Shown: positions 12,854 through 21,632 of the stretch, piece by piece
How the letters are laid out: every line of letters starts with the position of its first letter
Position numbering within the stretch: the stretch's first letter is position 1
NCBI GenBank assembly: GCA_900539035.1
Contig: UQAU01000002.1
Location: 20,771 to 84,770 of the forward strand
Direction of reading: 5' to 3'
From: an uncultured Collinsella sp.
GTDB lineage: Bacteria > Actinomycetota > Coriobacteriia > Coriobacteriales > Coriobacteriaceae
Length of the DNA: 64,000 nt
Program-made: the position numbers and the translations under genes
Notes under the pieces: generated by a model
Told to the model about the DNA's origin: nothing
The model's input: only the letters and a program-made list of their open reading frames with translations
Databases searched by the model: none

Positions 12854-14524
12854 ATGTCTCAAGAAACCATCCGCGCGGCCGAGCGTGCCGCGGGACAGGT
12901 GAAGACCATGTCGACGTATGATCCGGACTCCGACCAGCTGCATGAGGAATGCGGCATTTTTGGTGTGTGGGCACCCGATCGCGATGTGGCTCGACTGACG
13001 TACTTTGGTCTGCGCGCGCTGCAGCATCGCGGCCAGGAATCGGCGGGAATCGCCGTGGGTGATGGCGGCACGGTTATGGTCCGCAAAGATCTGGGCCTGC
13101 TCGACCGCGTGTTCTCCAACGCCGACCTGTCGACGCTCTCCGGCCAGCTGGCCGTGGGCCACGTGCGCTATGGCACCGCCGGCGCCAAGAGCTGGGAAGC
13201 CTCGCAGCCGCACCTCTCTACCATCAATAGCGTCATTATCGCGCTTGCTCACAACGGCACTCTGGTCAACACCGACGAGCTGCGCCGCCAGCTGATCGAG
13301 CTGGGCGTGCCGTTCCTCTCCAATTCGGATTCCGAGGTCGCGACCAAGCTTATCGGCTACTTTACTCAGCGTACAGGCCATCTGCGCGAGGGCATTCGCA
13401 AGACCATGGAGCTCGTGCGCGGCGGCTACGCCATGACGCTCATCAACGAGCAGGCGCTCTACGCATTCCGCGATCCGCACGGCATTCGCCCGCTCGTGCT
13501 GGGCAAGCTGGTGGACGAGGGTCTGGACCAGGCCGATGCCGCATCCGTTTCGCAGCTGCCCTCGCAAGACGGCGCCACGACGGTCGACTCCGCCGTCCAT
13601 GTCACGCGCGCCGGCGGCTGGGTCGTTGCTTCTGAGACCTGCGCACTCGACATCGTGGGCGCCGAGTACGTCCGTGACGTCCGTCCCGGTGAGATTTTGC
13701 GCATCAGCGCCGAGGGTCTGGTATCCGAGCAGGGCGTGCCTGCCGCCGAAGAGCCCGCAAACTGCATCTTTGAGCAGGTCTACTTTGCCCGCCCCGACTC
13801 CATTATGAACGGCAAGAGCGTTTACGCCTGCCGTTACGACATGGGTCGTCAGCTGGCACATGAGGAGCCCGTCGAGGCCGACCTGGTCATCGGCGTGCCC
13901 GACTCCGGCCTGCCGCCCGCGGAGGGGTATTCGCACGAGAGCGGTATTCCCTTTGGTGAGGGTCTTATCAAGAACCGCTACGTGGGCCGTACGTTTATCG
14001 AGCCTACGCAGGAGCTGCGCGCCATGGGCGTGCGCATGAAGCTTAACCCGCTGCGCGACAACATCGAGGGTAAGCGCCTGGTCGTCATCGACGACTCCAT
14101 CGTGCGCGGCACCACCATGGTGCAGCTCGTCAAGATGCTGCGCAACGCCGGTGCCAAGGAGATTCATATCCGCATCAACTCGCCCGAGGTCATCTGGCCG
14201 TGCTTCTACGGTATCGATACCGACGTGCAGTCGCAGCTTATCAGCGCCAACAAGACGGTCGACGAGATTTGCGAGTACATCGGCGCCGATTCGCTGGCCT
14301 TCCTTTCGGTCGAGGGCCTGCTGAAGGTCATGCCCAAGGGCGGCTACTGCGATGCGTGCTTTACCGGCCGCTACCCCGTGGCGATTCCCGAGAGCTTTGG
14401 CCGCGACAAGTTCATGGAGGGCTTTAAGCCTCGCAATCTGGACAAACCGCTGCACTTTGATGACGACGCCGTGGTCGAGAAATACGACGACCGCAGCTGG
14501 GAAGAGGAGCACGGCGAGGCCTAA
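12854..14524 (+). CDS. purF: Amidophosphoribosyltransferase
   Basis: Propeptide followed by the N-terminal nucleophile CGIFGVW, then PRTase and 4Fe-4S Cys motifs. Confidence 0.95.
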   Translation: MSQETIRAAERAAGQVKTMSTYDPDSDQLHEECGIFGVWAPDRDVARLTYFGLRALQHRGQESAGIAVGDGGTVMVRKDLGLLDRVFSNADLSTLSGQLAVGHVRYGTAGAKSWEASQPHLSTINSVIIALAHNGTLVNTDELRRQLIELGVPFLSNSDSEVATKLIGYFTQRTGHLREGIRKTMELVRGGYAMTLINEQALYAFRDPHGIRPLVLGKLVDEGLDQADAASVSQLPSQDGATTVDSAVHVTRAGGWVVASETCALDIVGAEYVRDVRPGEILRISAEGLVSEQGVPAAEEPANCIFEQVYFARPDSIMNGKSVYACRYDMGRQLAHEEPVEADLVIGVPDSGLPPAEGYSHESGIPFGEGLIKNRYVGRTFIEPTQELRAMGVRMKLNPLRDNIEGKRLVVIDDSIVRGTTMVQLVKMLRNAGAKEIHIRINSPEVIWPCFYGIDTDVQSQLISANKTVDEICEYIGADSLAFLSVEGLLKVMPKGGYCDACFTGRYPVAIPESFGRDKFMEGFKPRNLDKPLHFDDDAVVEKYDDRSWEEEHGEA

Positions 14525-14680
14525 ACCCCGCCAAAAAGGGACAGGTTCATTTTGGTAGGTTTTACCTGCTGTTTTATTGATATGACGGCGTGTACTGTTA
14601 TGGCACACGCCGAAATGAACGCAACTATGAGCACCGTTTGGCGCCCGGGCGGCGGACGGTAGTGGGAGAGGAAGGCTCAG

Positions 14681-15784
14681 ATGAGCGACAGCAAGCATGT
14701 GACGTATGAGGACGCCGGCGTCGATACCGCCGAGGGCGGCCGCGCCGTCGACGCTATTAAGCAAATGGTTAAGGACACCAACCGTCCCGAGGTCATCGGC
14801 GGTATCGGTGGCTTTGGTGGCTTATTCTCGGCCGCCGCGCTTAAGGATATGGAAGACCCGATTCTGATTAGCGGTACCGACGGCGTGGGCACCAAGCTCG
14901 TGCTCGCCCAGATCATGGACCGTCACGAGACGGTGGGCCAGGACCTGGTCGCTATGTGCGTCAACGACATTCTGGCTTCGGGCGCCGAGCCGCTGTTCTT
15001 CCTGGACTACGTTGCCATCGGTCACATCGAGGCCGAGCACATGGCAAAGATCATCAAGGGTGTGGCCGACGGCTGCAAGCTCGCGGGCTGCGCGCTCGTG
15101 GGCGGCGAGATGGCCGAGCATCCGGGCGTCATGGCTCCGGCCGACTATGACCTCGCCGGCTTTACCGTGGGCGTCGTCGACCGTCCCAAGATGCTCGACC
15201 CCGCGAATGTCCGTCCCGGCGACGTGATCCTGGGCCTGCCCTCCACTGGCGTGCATTCCAACGGCTACTCGCTCGTGCGCAAGGTCATCGGCGTCGACGG
15301 CATTAAGCCGGGCACGCCCGAGGCCGCCGCTAAGGCCGAGGAGTTGAGCCGTCCGCTCGAGGAGCTCGGCGGCGCATCGCTGGCAGACGCTCTGCTGGCC
15401 CCCACGCGCATCTACGTCAAGCCGATTCTGGAGCTGCTGCGCGGCGGCGCCAACGTTCATGCCATTGCCCACATCACTGGCGGCGGTATTACCGAGAACC
15501 TCAACCGCGCGCTCGCCGACGACGTCGACGCTGTGGTCACCCGCAACGGTGCCGAGATGGGCTGGGACGTTCCGCCCGTCATCACCTACGTGTCGCGCCA
15601 GGCCGAGCTTGCGCCCAACGAGGCGTGCAAGACCTTCAACATGGGCGTTGGCCTGTGCCTGATCGTCGCCCCCGAGGACGAGGCCGCGGTGACCGAGGCT
15701 CTGGTCTCGCTGGGCGAGAAGCCGTTCCGCGTGGGCGAGTGCGTCGAGGGTTCCGGTAAGGTCGTGTACTCCGATGAGCGCTAA
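14681..15784 (+). CDS. purM: Phosphoribosylformylglycinamidine cyclo-ligase (AIR synthetase)
   Basis: MSDSKHVTYEDAGVDTAEGGRAVDAIK... AIRS N- and C-domains. Confidence 0.95.
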   Translation: MSDSKHVTYEDAGVDTAEGGRAVDAIKQMVKDTNRPEVIGGIGGFGGLFSAAALKDMEDPILISGTDGVGTKLVLAQIMDRHETVGQDLVAMCVNDILASGAEPLFFLDYVAIGHIEAEHMAKIIKGVADGCKLAGCALVGGEMAEHPGVMAPADYDLAGFTVGVVDRPKMLDPANVRPGDVILGLPSTGVHSNGYSLVRKVIGVDGIKPGTPEAAAKAEELSRPLEELGGASLADALLAPTRIYVKPILELLRGGANVHAIAHITGGGITENLNRALADDVDAVVTRNGAEMGWDVPPVITYVSRQAELAPNEACKTFNMGVGLCLIVAPEDEAAVTEALVSLGEKPFRVGECVEGSGKVVYSDER

Positions 15785-16472
15785 CGAGCAGATGGCTGCC
15801 GCCGGGGGCCTGGACTTTGTGCCCTATACCCGTCCGACCGGCACCGATACGGCCGAGCCGCTCAAGATCGGTGTGCTCATCAGCGGTTCGGGTACCAACC
15901 TGCAAGCGCTGATCGATCTGATCGCTGCCGGCAAGCTCAACGCTTCGATTGAGCTTGTGGTGTCGAGCCGTCCTTCGGCTAAGGGTTTGCAGCGCGCTGA
16001 GCGCGCGGGCATCCAGACGCTCACACTGTCCAAGGATGTCTATGCCGACCCCATCGCCGCTGACGAGATCATCGCACACGAGCTTCTCGAGCGCGGCTGC
16101 GAGTATGTGGTCATGGCCGGCTACATGCGCATGGTGCACACGCCGCTGCTGGCGGCGTTTCCCAACCGCGTGGTCAATCTGCATCCGGCGCTGCTGCCGA
16201 GCTTTACCGGTGCCCATGCGATTGACGATGCCTTTGCGCGCGGCGTCAAGGTGACCGGCGTGACCGTGCACTTTGCCAACGAGATCTACGACAACGGTCC
16301 CATCATCGCCCAGCGTGCGCTGGCTGTTGAGGAGGGCTGGGATGTTGACACGCTCGAGGAGCACATCCATGCGATTGAGCACGTGCTGTATCCCGAGGTC
16401 GTGCAAATGCTCGCCGACGGTCGCGTCCACGTGCTGGAGAGCGGCAAGGTCGCCGTGGATCCTGTGAAATAA
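15774..16472 (+). CDS. purN: Phosphoribosylglycinamide formyltransferase
   Basis: IGVLISGSGTNLQALID...NLHPALLPSFTG. Overlaps the purM stop by 11 nt. Confidence 0.9.
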   Translation: MSANEQMAAAGGLDFVPYTRPTGTDTAEPLKIGVLISGSGTNLQALIDLIAAGKLNASIELVVSSRPSAKGLQRAERAGIQTLTLSKDVYADPIAADEIIAHELLERGCEYVVMAGYMRMVHTPLLAAFPNRVVNLHPALLPSFTGAHAIDDAFARGVKVTGVTVHFANEIYDNGPIIAQRALAVEEGWDVDTLEEHIHAIEHVLYPEVVQMLADGRVHVLESGKVAVDPVK

Positions 16473-16486
16473 TTACCCGCTTGTAA

Positions 16487-16527
16487 AGGCGGTTAGGCAC
16501 ATCGAAGACGCCTAACCGCCTTTTTTA
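16487..16527 (+). terminator. Rho-independent terminator after purN (GGCGGTTAGGCACATCGAAGACGCCTAACCGCC + T6)
   Basis: Perfect 13-bp stem plus T-run. Confidence 0.65.
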
Positions 16528-16747
16528 TTGCGCTTTATGTTGTTTGATTTAGCTGGAATTGAATGGGCTGCTCTTCTTGCCTGTCAATTACAGTAGTCGA
16601 CTCTCATGTGGAATGCCGAGCTTCCGGCATGAGATTATCTGGGAAAACGACCAGAAAACTTGGCCTTCGGCTTCAAATTGCGCATAATTCTATTTATCAT
16701 CTATTTAACATTTTGTTATCAAAAATGAGCGCAAGGAGGCTGGCTCA

Positions 16748-18214
16748 ATGGGTGAAGCAGATGGCATGGAGCTGATTTATTCACTCGTCGGTTATCCTGA
16801 TGAAACCGAGTGGCTTGAATTTAAAGAAGGCAATAGCGATCCCGTTAGAACGGGGCGTGACATCTCGGCGCTTGCCAATGCTGCCGCTTACTGCGGCCGC
16901 GCATATGCCTATAAGATCTGGGGCGTGAGCGACGGTACGCATGAGCTTGTGGGCACCCAGTTCAACCCATATCACGCAAAGGGTAAGGGAAACCAAGAGC
17001 TTTTGATGTGGCTCAAGCTTGCGCTCTCAAACAATGCGAATTACGAGTTTGCGGTTATTGATCATGAGACAAAGCACTTTGTGGTGCTGAAAGTGCACGC
17101 CGCGAGCGCTCAGCCGGTCTATTTTGATAAGACAGCCTACATTCGAGAGGGCTCTTCGACGGCAGAACTGGTTCCCGGTAGTGCACGAGAGGCGGAGCTG
17201 TGGCGTCGCTTACAGTCAGGGAACGCGGAGCTCGCTGTAGTTGAGAGAGATCTGACATCTCGAGAGGTCGCCGAAATACTAGATGTTGATGCGTATTTTG
17301 AGTTGTGCAGATTGAGAAGACCTGTCGATTTGGACGGAGTGATGCTTGCTCTTTGTGAACAAGAGCTGATTCGTCGTCAAGATAACGGCCGATATAGTGT
17401 GACGCGCTTGGGAATGCTTCTGGTGGGAAAAAAGCTCTCTCGCTACCCGGAGCTCAGGAAACGCATGCTGCGAATCGTGCGATATGCGGGAAAAGGCAGT
17501 TTTGACATTGTCGGGGATACTGAAATCGACAAGGGCTACGCTTTGGCGCTTCCACAGGCTGAACAGCTGGTCATGTCGATGATTCCGGCTGTTGAGGCAC
17601 TGGATGGCGCATTTCGACGTATTCAGACGGCTTATCCTCAAAGGGCGATTCGCGAGTTGCTATCAAACGCCGTGATTCATCAAGACATTGCTGACAATAC
17701 GGCGGGGCCTCTTGTTGCGATTTACGACAATCGCATTGAGTTCTCTAATCCCGGGACAACGCTTATTCCGGCAGAACGAGTGCTCAACGCTCAGCCGAAA
17801 ACGCGAAATTCGATGATGGCGTCCCTCATGCGCCAAATGGATCTTTGCGAAGAAGGCGGTACGGGCTGGGATTTAATCGTAGATTCGCTCGAAAAAGCCG
17901 GCATGCCTTCACCGGTTATCAAGAGTGAGGGCGGGCTGGGAACGCTCGTGACGCTCTATTGCGACTGTCCGTATACTCGAATGAAAAAAAGTGAGCGAAA
18001 AAACGCCGTGTACTGGCATGCCTGTCTTTTGTATGCCCAAGGTGAGTCGATGAGCAATCAGTCGCTGCGAGAGCGTTTTGGACTTTCCGATGAAAAGAAA
18101 AACACGGTGGCGATGTCTCGTCTAATCAAAGAGTGTCTGGAAGAGGCATTGATAAAGGAAGAGGACGAGGACGCGGGTTCCAAATACAAAAGGTATATTC
18201 CGTATTGGGCCTAA
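16748..18214 (+). CDS. ATP-binding protein with an N-terminal AlbA_2 (Schlafen-like divergent AAA) domain and a C-terminal HATPase_c_4-like domain
   Basis: YPDETEWLEFKEG... N-domain and RELLSNAVIHQD... C-domain. AGGAGG lies 8 nt upstream. The gene sits in a roughly 1.7-kb AT-rich islet, visibly lower in GC than its neighbours. Confidence 0.65.
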   Translation: MGEADGMELIYSLVGYPDETEWLEFKEGNSDPVRTGRDISALANAAAYCGRAYAYKIWGVSDGTHELVGTQFNPYHAKGKGNQELLMWLKLALSNNANYEFAVIDHETKHFVVLKVHAASAQPVYFDKTAYIREGSSTAELVPGSAREAELWRRLQSGNAELAVVERDLTSREVAEILDVDAYFELCRLRRPVDLDGVMLALCEQELIRRQDNGRYSVTRLGMLLVGKKLSRYPELRKRMLRIVRYAGKGSFDIVGDTEIDKGYALALPQAEQLVMSMIPAVEALDGAFRRIQTAYPQRAIRELLSNAVIHQDIADNTAGPLVAIYDNRIEFSNPGTTLIPAERVLNAQPKTRNSMMASLMRQMDLCEEGGTGWDLIVDSLEKAGMPSPVIKSEGGLGTLVTLYCDCPYTRMKKSERKNAVYWHACLLYAQGESMSNQSLRERFGLSDEKKNTVAMSRLIKECLEEALIKEEDEDAGSKYKRYIPYWA

Positions 18215-18244
18215 AGACAGGGAATGAAAAGAAGGAGGCGGCTT

Positions 18245-18712
18245 ATGTCTGGTAATAACGAAGCGCTGTTTACGCCTGAGCTGGTGTTTTTTGATTGGGA
18301 GTGCGCGACGCCGGATGAGGTGTTTGCGCGGCTCGAGGGCGAGCTTGCACCACGTGGCTACATTGCATCCGGTTGGCTCGACGCCGTTCGCACGCGCGAG
18401 GATACCTATCCCACGGGTCTTGCCATGCCGGCGGCAAACATTGCCATTCCGCATACCGATCCGGGGTTTGTGGCCAAGCCCTATATCGCGGTGGTAAAGC
18501 CCGCCGCGCCTGTGACATTTAACGCTATGGCTGGCATGGGCGCTCCGGTGCCGGCGCAGATCGTCATCAATCTGGGCATCGCCGAGCCGGGCGGCCAGGT
18601 CGAGGCCCTGCAGGCGCTTATGAATATCTTTATGGATGCCGACGCCGCAGCCGATGTACTCGGCCAGACCACGTGCCAAGGCATAGTCGATGCCATCCGC
18701 CGTCACTTCTAA
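18245..18712 (+). CDS. PTS EIIA type-2 (fructose/mannitol/Ntr family) domain protein, orphan
   Basis: TREDTYPTGLAMPAANIAIPHTDPGFV with the phosphorylatable His context and a ...QIVINLGIAEP... C-terminus. No EIIB/EIIC is adjacent. Confidence 0.6.
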   Translation: MSGNNEALFTPELVFFDWECATPDEVFARLEGELAPRGYIASGWLDAVRTREDTYPTGLAMPAANIAIPHTDPGFVAKPYIAVVKPAAPVTFNAMAGMGAPVPAQIVINLGIAEPGGQVEALQALMNIFMDADAAADVLGQTTCQGIVDAIRRHF

Positions 18713-18929
18713 GGTGGGGCTGAGTCGGCACTTGGGGACGTTCCTTTTCTGCCGGCAGTAAGGGGCAGTCCCCAAGTGCCGGCACATGAAGAACGTCCCC
18801 AAGTGCCACATCTGTCCCCTTTGCACCAAAATGGTGCAGATTAACCTGTCCCCCATGCACCAAGCGTGCCGCGGGGGCTGCGTTGTGACACAATGGCGTT
18901 TGTTCGATTCGTGATGCGAAAGGCCAACT

Positions 18930-20150
18930 ATGGCAAATAAGAAAAAGAACTCCGAGGCCGCGCCGACGCCCGAGCAGCAGGCCCGCGCTGCCTCCAGCTC
19001 TCGCAAGAAGCAGCGCAAGACGTACGTGTCTAAGACCGTCAAGATCGTCCTGGTGGTCATCGGCGTGCTGGCAATGCTGCTTTCCGTCTCGGCGATGGCG
19101 TGCTCCGGCCTTATGTCGCAGGCCGAGGACACCTCGGGCTACAAGCTGACCGGCGGTGTTGCTGCAACTATCAACGGCACCAACCTCACCGAGGACACCG
19201 TGACCAAGCAGATCATGAGCATGCGCACGTCCAACGGCTACACCAAGGATAAGGATTGGGCGCAGTATCTGGTTGACAACGACCTCACGCCCAAGAAGTA
19301 CCGCAAGCAACTCATCGACTCCTACACGCAGCAGATTCTGCTTCAACAGGCACAGAAGGAGAACGGCGTGACGGTGTCGGACGAGGAGGTCGAGAAGGCT
19401 TGGAAGGACGCGTGCAAGAGCGCGGGTGGTGCCAAGGCCTTTAAGAAGACGCTTAAGACCTACGGCTATACCGAGGACACCTACAAGGACTCGCTCAAGG
19501 AGAGTCTGGCGCAGCAGAAACTCAAGGATGCCGTTGCGCCCACGAGCAAGCCCAAGGACAGCGAGATTGTCGATTACATCAACGAGAACCTGTCCAGCTA
19601 CAACGACGCCCGCCGCTCGTCGAACATCCTGATCAAGGTTGATTCCGACGCCTCCGACGAGGACAAGGCTGCCGCCAAGGCCAAGGCGCAGGAGTGCCTG
19701 GACAAGATCAACTCCGGTGAGCTGAGCTTTGAGGACGCCGTTGAGCAGTACTCCGAGGACACCGGTTCCAAGGAGAAGAAGGGCGATGTGGGCTGGGATA
19801 AGCTCACCACTTTCGTCGACAGCTACCAGACGGCGCTCGAGGGGCTCAACAAGGGCGGCGTGAGCGAAGTCGTCGAGTCGACCTATGGCTACCACATCAT
19901 CAAGTGCACCGACTACTTCCATGTCGATAATCAGGTTGATGACATCAAGCAGGTACCCAAGGACATCAAGAAGTACGTTTCTAACGTGGTGAAGACGCAG
20001 GCGGCCAGCACTGCATACAGCGAGTGGCTGGAGCAGTACAAGAAGGACGCCGACATTACCGTCAACCCCATGCCCAAGGACGTATCCTATAACGTGAGTC
20101 TGAAGGGCGTCACCAAGAGTTCGACCGACGATTCGTCGACGACTGAGTAA
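18930..20150 (+). CDS. PrsA/SurA-like parvulin-type peptidyl-prolyl isomerase, membrane anchored
   Basis: N-terminal TM (IVLVVIGVLAMLLSVSAMA), chaperone-like region and a parvulin domain (...ILIKVD...GDVGW...GYHIIK). Confidence 0.75.
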   Translation: MANKKKNSEAAPTPEQQARAASSSRKKQRKTYVSKTVKIVLVVIGVLAMLLSVSAMACSGLMSQAEDTSGYKLTGGVAATINGTNLTEDTVTKQIMSMRTSNGYTKDKDWAQYLVDNDLTPKKYRKQLIDSYTQQILLQQAQKENGVTVSDEEVEKAWKDACKSAGGAKAFKKTLKTYGYTEDTYKDSLKESLAQQKLKDAVAPTSKPKDSEIVDYINENLSSYNDARRSSNILIKVDSDASDEDKAAAKAKAQECLDKINSGELSFEDAVEQYSEDTGSKEKKGDVGWDKLTTFVDSYQTALEGLNKGGVSEVVESTYGYHIIKCTDYFHVDNQVDDIKQVPKDIKKYVSNVVKTQAASTAYSEWLEQYKKDADITVNPMPKDVSYNVSLKGVTKSSTDDSSTTE

Positions 20151-20198
20151 TCATGGGGCGGTGCTCGCGCGAGTGCCGCCCACGCTATTAGAGAGGAT

Positions 20199-20648
20199 TT
20201 GCAGATGACCAACGAAGAGCTGCAGAAAGAAATGATCGCGGCCATGAAGGCCAAGGACAAGGTTCGCCTGTCCATCATTCGCCAGGTCAAGGCCGAGGTG
20301 AAGAATATCGAGGTTAACGAGCGCCGCGATGTGACCGAGGAAGACGTCAACAGCATGATCAAGCGTCTGATCAAGCAGACGAGCGAGACGCTGGAGATGT
20401 CCATCAAGGCCGGCACCGACCAGGAACGTACCGACAACCTGACCGAGCAGGTCAAGATTCTGGAGAGCCTGCTGCCCGCGCAGGTTTCGGGCGAGGAGCT
20501 CGAGGCCCTGATCGAGCAGGTTATCGCCGAGCTGGGCGCCACGTCCAAGAAGCAGATGGGCCAGGTTATGGGTGCACTCGGCAAGGCCACCGGCGGCAAC
20601 TTCGATAAGCCGGCAGCGGCAAAGATCGTCGGAGCAAAGCTTGCGTAA
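20199..20648 (+). CDS. GatB/YqeY domain protein
   Basis: MTNEELQKEMIAAMKAKDKVRLSIIRQVKAEVKN...GNFDKPAAAKIV. Confidence 0.85.
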   Translation: MQMTNEELQKEMIAAMKAKDKVRLSIIRQVKAEVKNIEVNERRDVTEEDVNSMIKRLIKQTSETLEMSIKAGTDQERTDNLTEQVKILESLLPAQVSGEELEALIEQVIAELGATSKKQMGQVMGALGKATGGNFDKPAAAKIVGAKLA

Positions 20649-20677
20649 GGGCCGAGCGGTACATAGTTGATGTTGAG

Positions 20678-20712
20678 GGGGCGTGGCCGTCATGGCCGCG
20701 CCCCTTTTTGCT
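20678..20712 (+). terminator. Rho-independent terminator (GGGGCGTGGCCGTCATGGCCGCGCCCC + T5)
   Basis: Stem-loop plus T-run 30 nt after the yqeY-like stop. Confidence 0.55.
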
Positions 20713-20718
20713 GGGCTG

Positions 20719-20785
20719 GGCGCTCATTGGGGACAGACTTAAATGAGTACCCAATGAGCGGGTACTCATTTAAGTCTGTCCCCAA
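20719..20785. repeat. Perfect 30-bp-arm palindrome, CTCATTGGGGACAGACTTAAATGAGTACCC / 7-nt loop / GGGTACTCATTTAAGTCTGTCCCCAATGAG
   Basis: The reverse complement of the left arm equals the right arm exactly. Contains the recurrent GGGACAG core. Confidence 0.7.
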
Positions 20786-20895
20786 TGAGTGGGTGGAAGG
20801 TTGCGGGTTCTTTACGGGAATGTAGTGTGGGCTGCGGAAACGTGGTTCTTTCCGTACAATAGTTCAACTCGTGTAAACGCAGGGAAGGGACATTC

Positions 20896-21627
20896 ATGGC
20901 AGACATGATCGAGATCAAGCATCTCAACAAGTACTTTGGCGACCTGCATGTGCTCAAAGATATCAATCTCACCGTCAAGCGCGGCGAGAAGCTCGTAATG
21001 ATCGGGCCTTCCGGTTCGGGTAAGTCGACGCTCATCCGTTGCGTCGATTATCTGGAGGAGCCCACATCGGGCGAGGTCGTCATCGACGGTACGCCGCTCA
21101 CCAAAAAGAATCACCTGGAGATGGCTCGCAAGTATAGTTCCATGGTGTTCCAGCAGTTCAACCTGTATCCCAACATGACGGTGCTGGGCAACCTGACGCT
21201 CGCGCCCATCAAGCTGCAAAAGAAGAGCAAGGAGGAGGCGACCGAGATCGCCATCGCCGCGCTCAAGCGCGTCGGCATGGCGCATAAGGCCGGCGAGTAT
21301 CCGCAGAATCTCTCGGGTGGTCAGCAGCAGCGCATCGCCATCGCCCGTGCCCTATGCACCAAGCAGCCCATCATCCTGTTTGACGAGCCTACCTCGGCGC
21401 TCGACCCCGAGATGGTCCAGGAGGTTCTGGACGTTATGATTGAGCTCGCGCAGGAGGACATCACCATGATCTGCGTGACGCACGAGATGGGCTTTGCGCG
21501 CCAGGTGGCCGACCGCGTCATCTTTATGGAGGACGGCCGCATCCTGGAGGAGGGCACGCCCGAGCACTTCTTCGATAACCCCGAGAACCCGCGCTGCCGC
21601 GAGTTCCTGTCCAAGATTCTGCACTAG
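20896..21627 (+). CDS. Polar amino acid ABC transporter ATP-binding protein (GlnQ-like)
   Basis: Walker [10 protein letters not shown], signature LSGGQQQR and Walker [12 protein letters not shown]. Confidence 0.9.
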   Translation: MADMIEIKHLNKYFGDLHVLKDINLTVKRGEKLVMIGPSGSGKSTLIRCVDYLEEPTSGEVVIDGTPLTKKNHLEMARKYSSMVFQQFNLYPNMTVLGNLTLAPIKLQKKSKEEATEIAIAALKRVGMAHKAGEYPQNLSGGQQQRIAIARALCTKQPIILFDEPTSALDPEMVQEVLDVMIELAQEDITMICVTHEMGFARQVADRVIFMEDGRILEEGTPEHFFDNPENPRCREFLSKILH

Positions 21628-21632
21628 GCGCG

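Noticed and set aside
12776-14764. 662-aa ORF antisense to purF
   Set aside because: Shadow frame opposite a strongly supported purF.
18630-19922. 430-aa ORF antisense to the PrsA-like gene, and 22669-24585 antisense to the permease genes
   Set aside because: Both are shadow frames with Ala/Gly/Arg/Leu-rich composition opposite well-supported genes.
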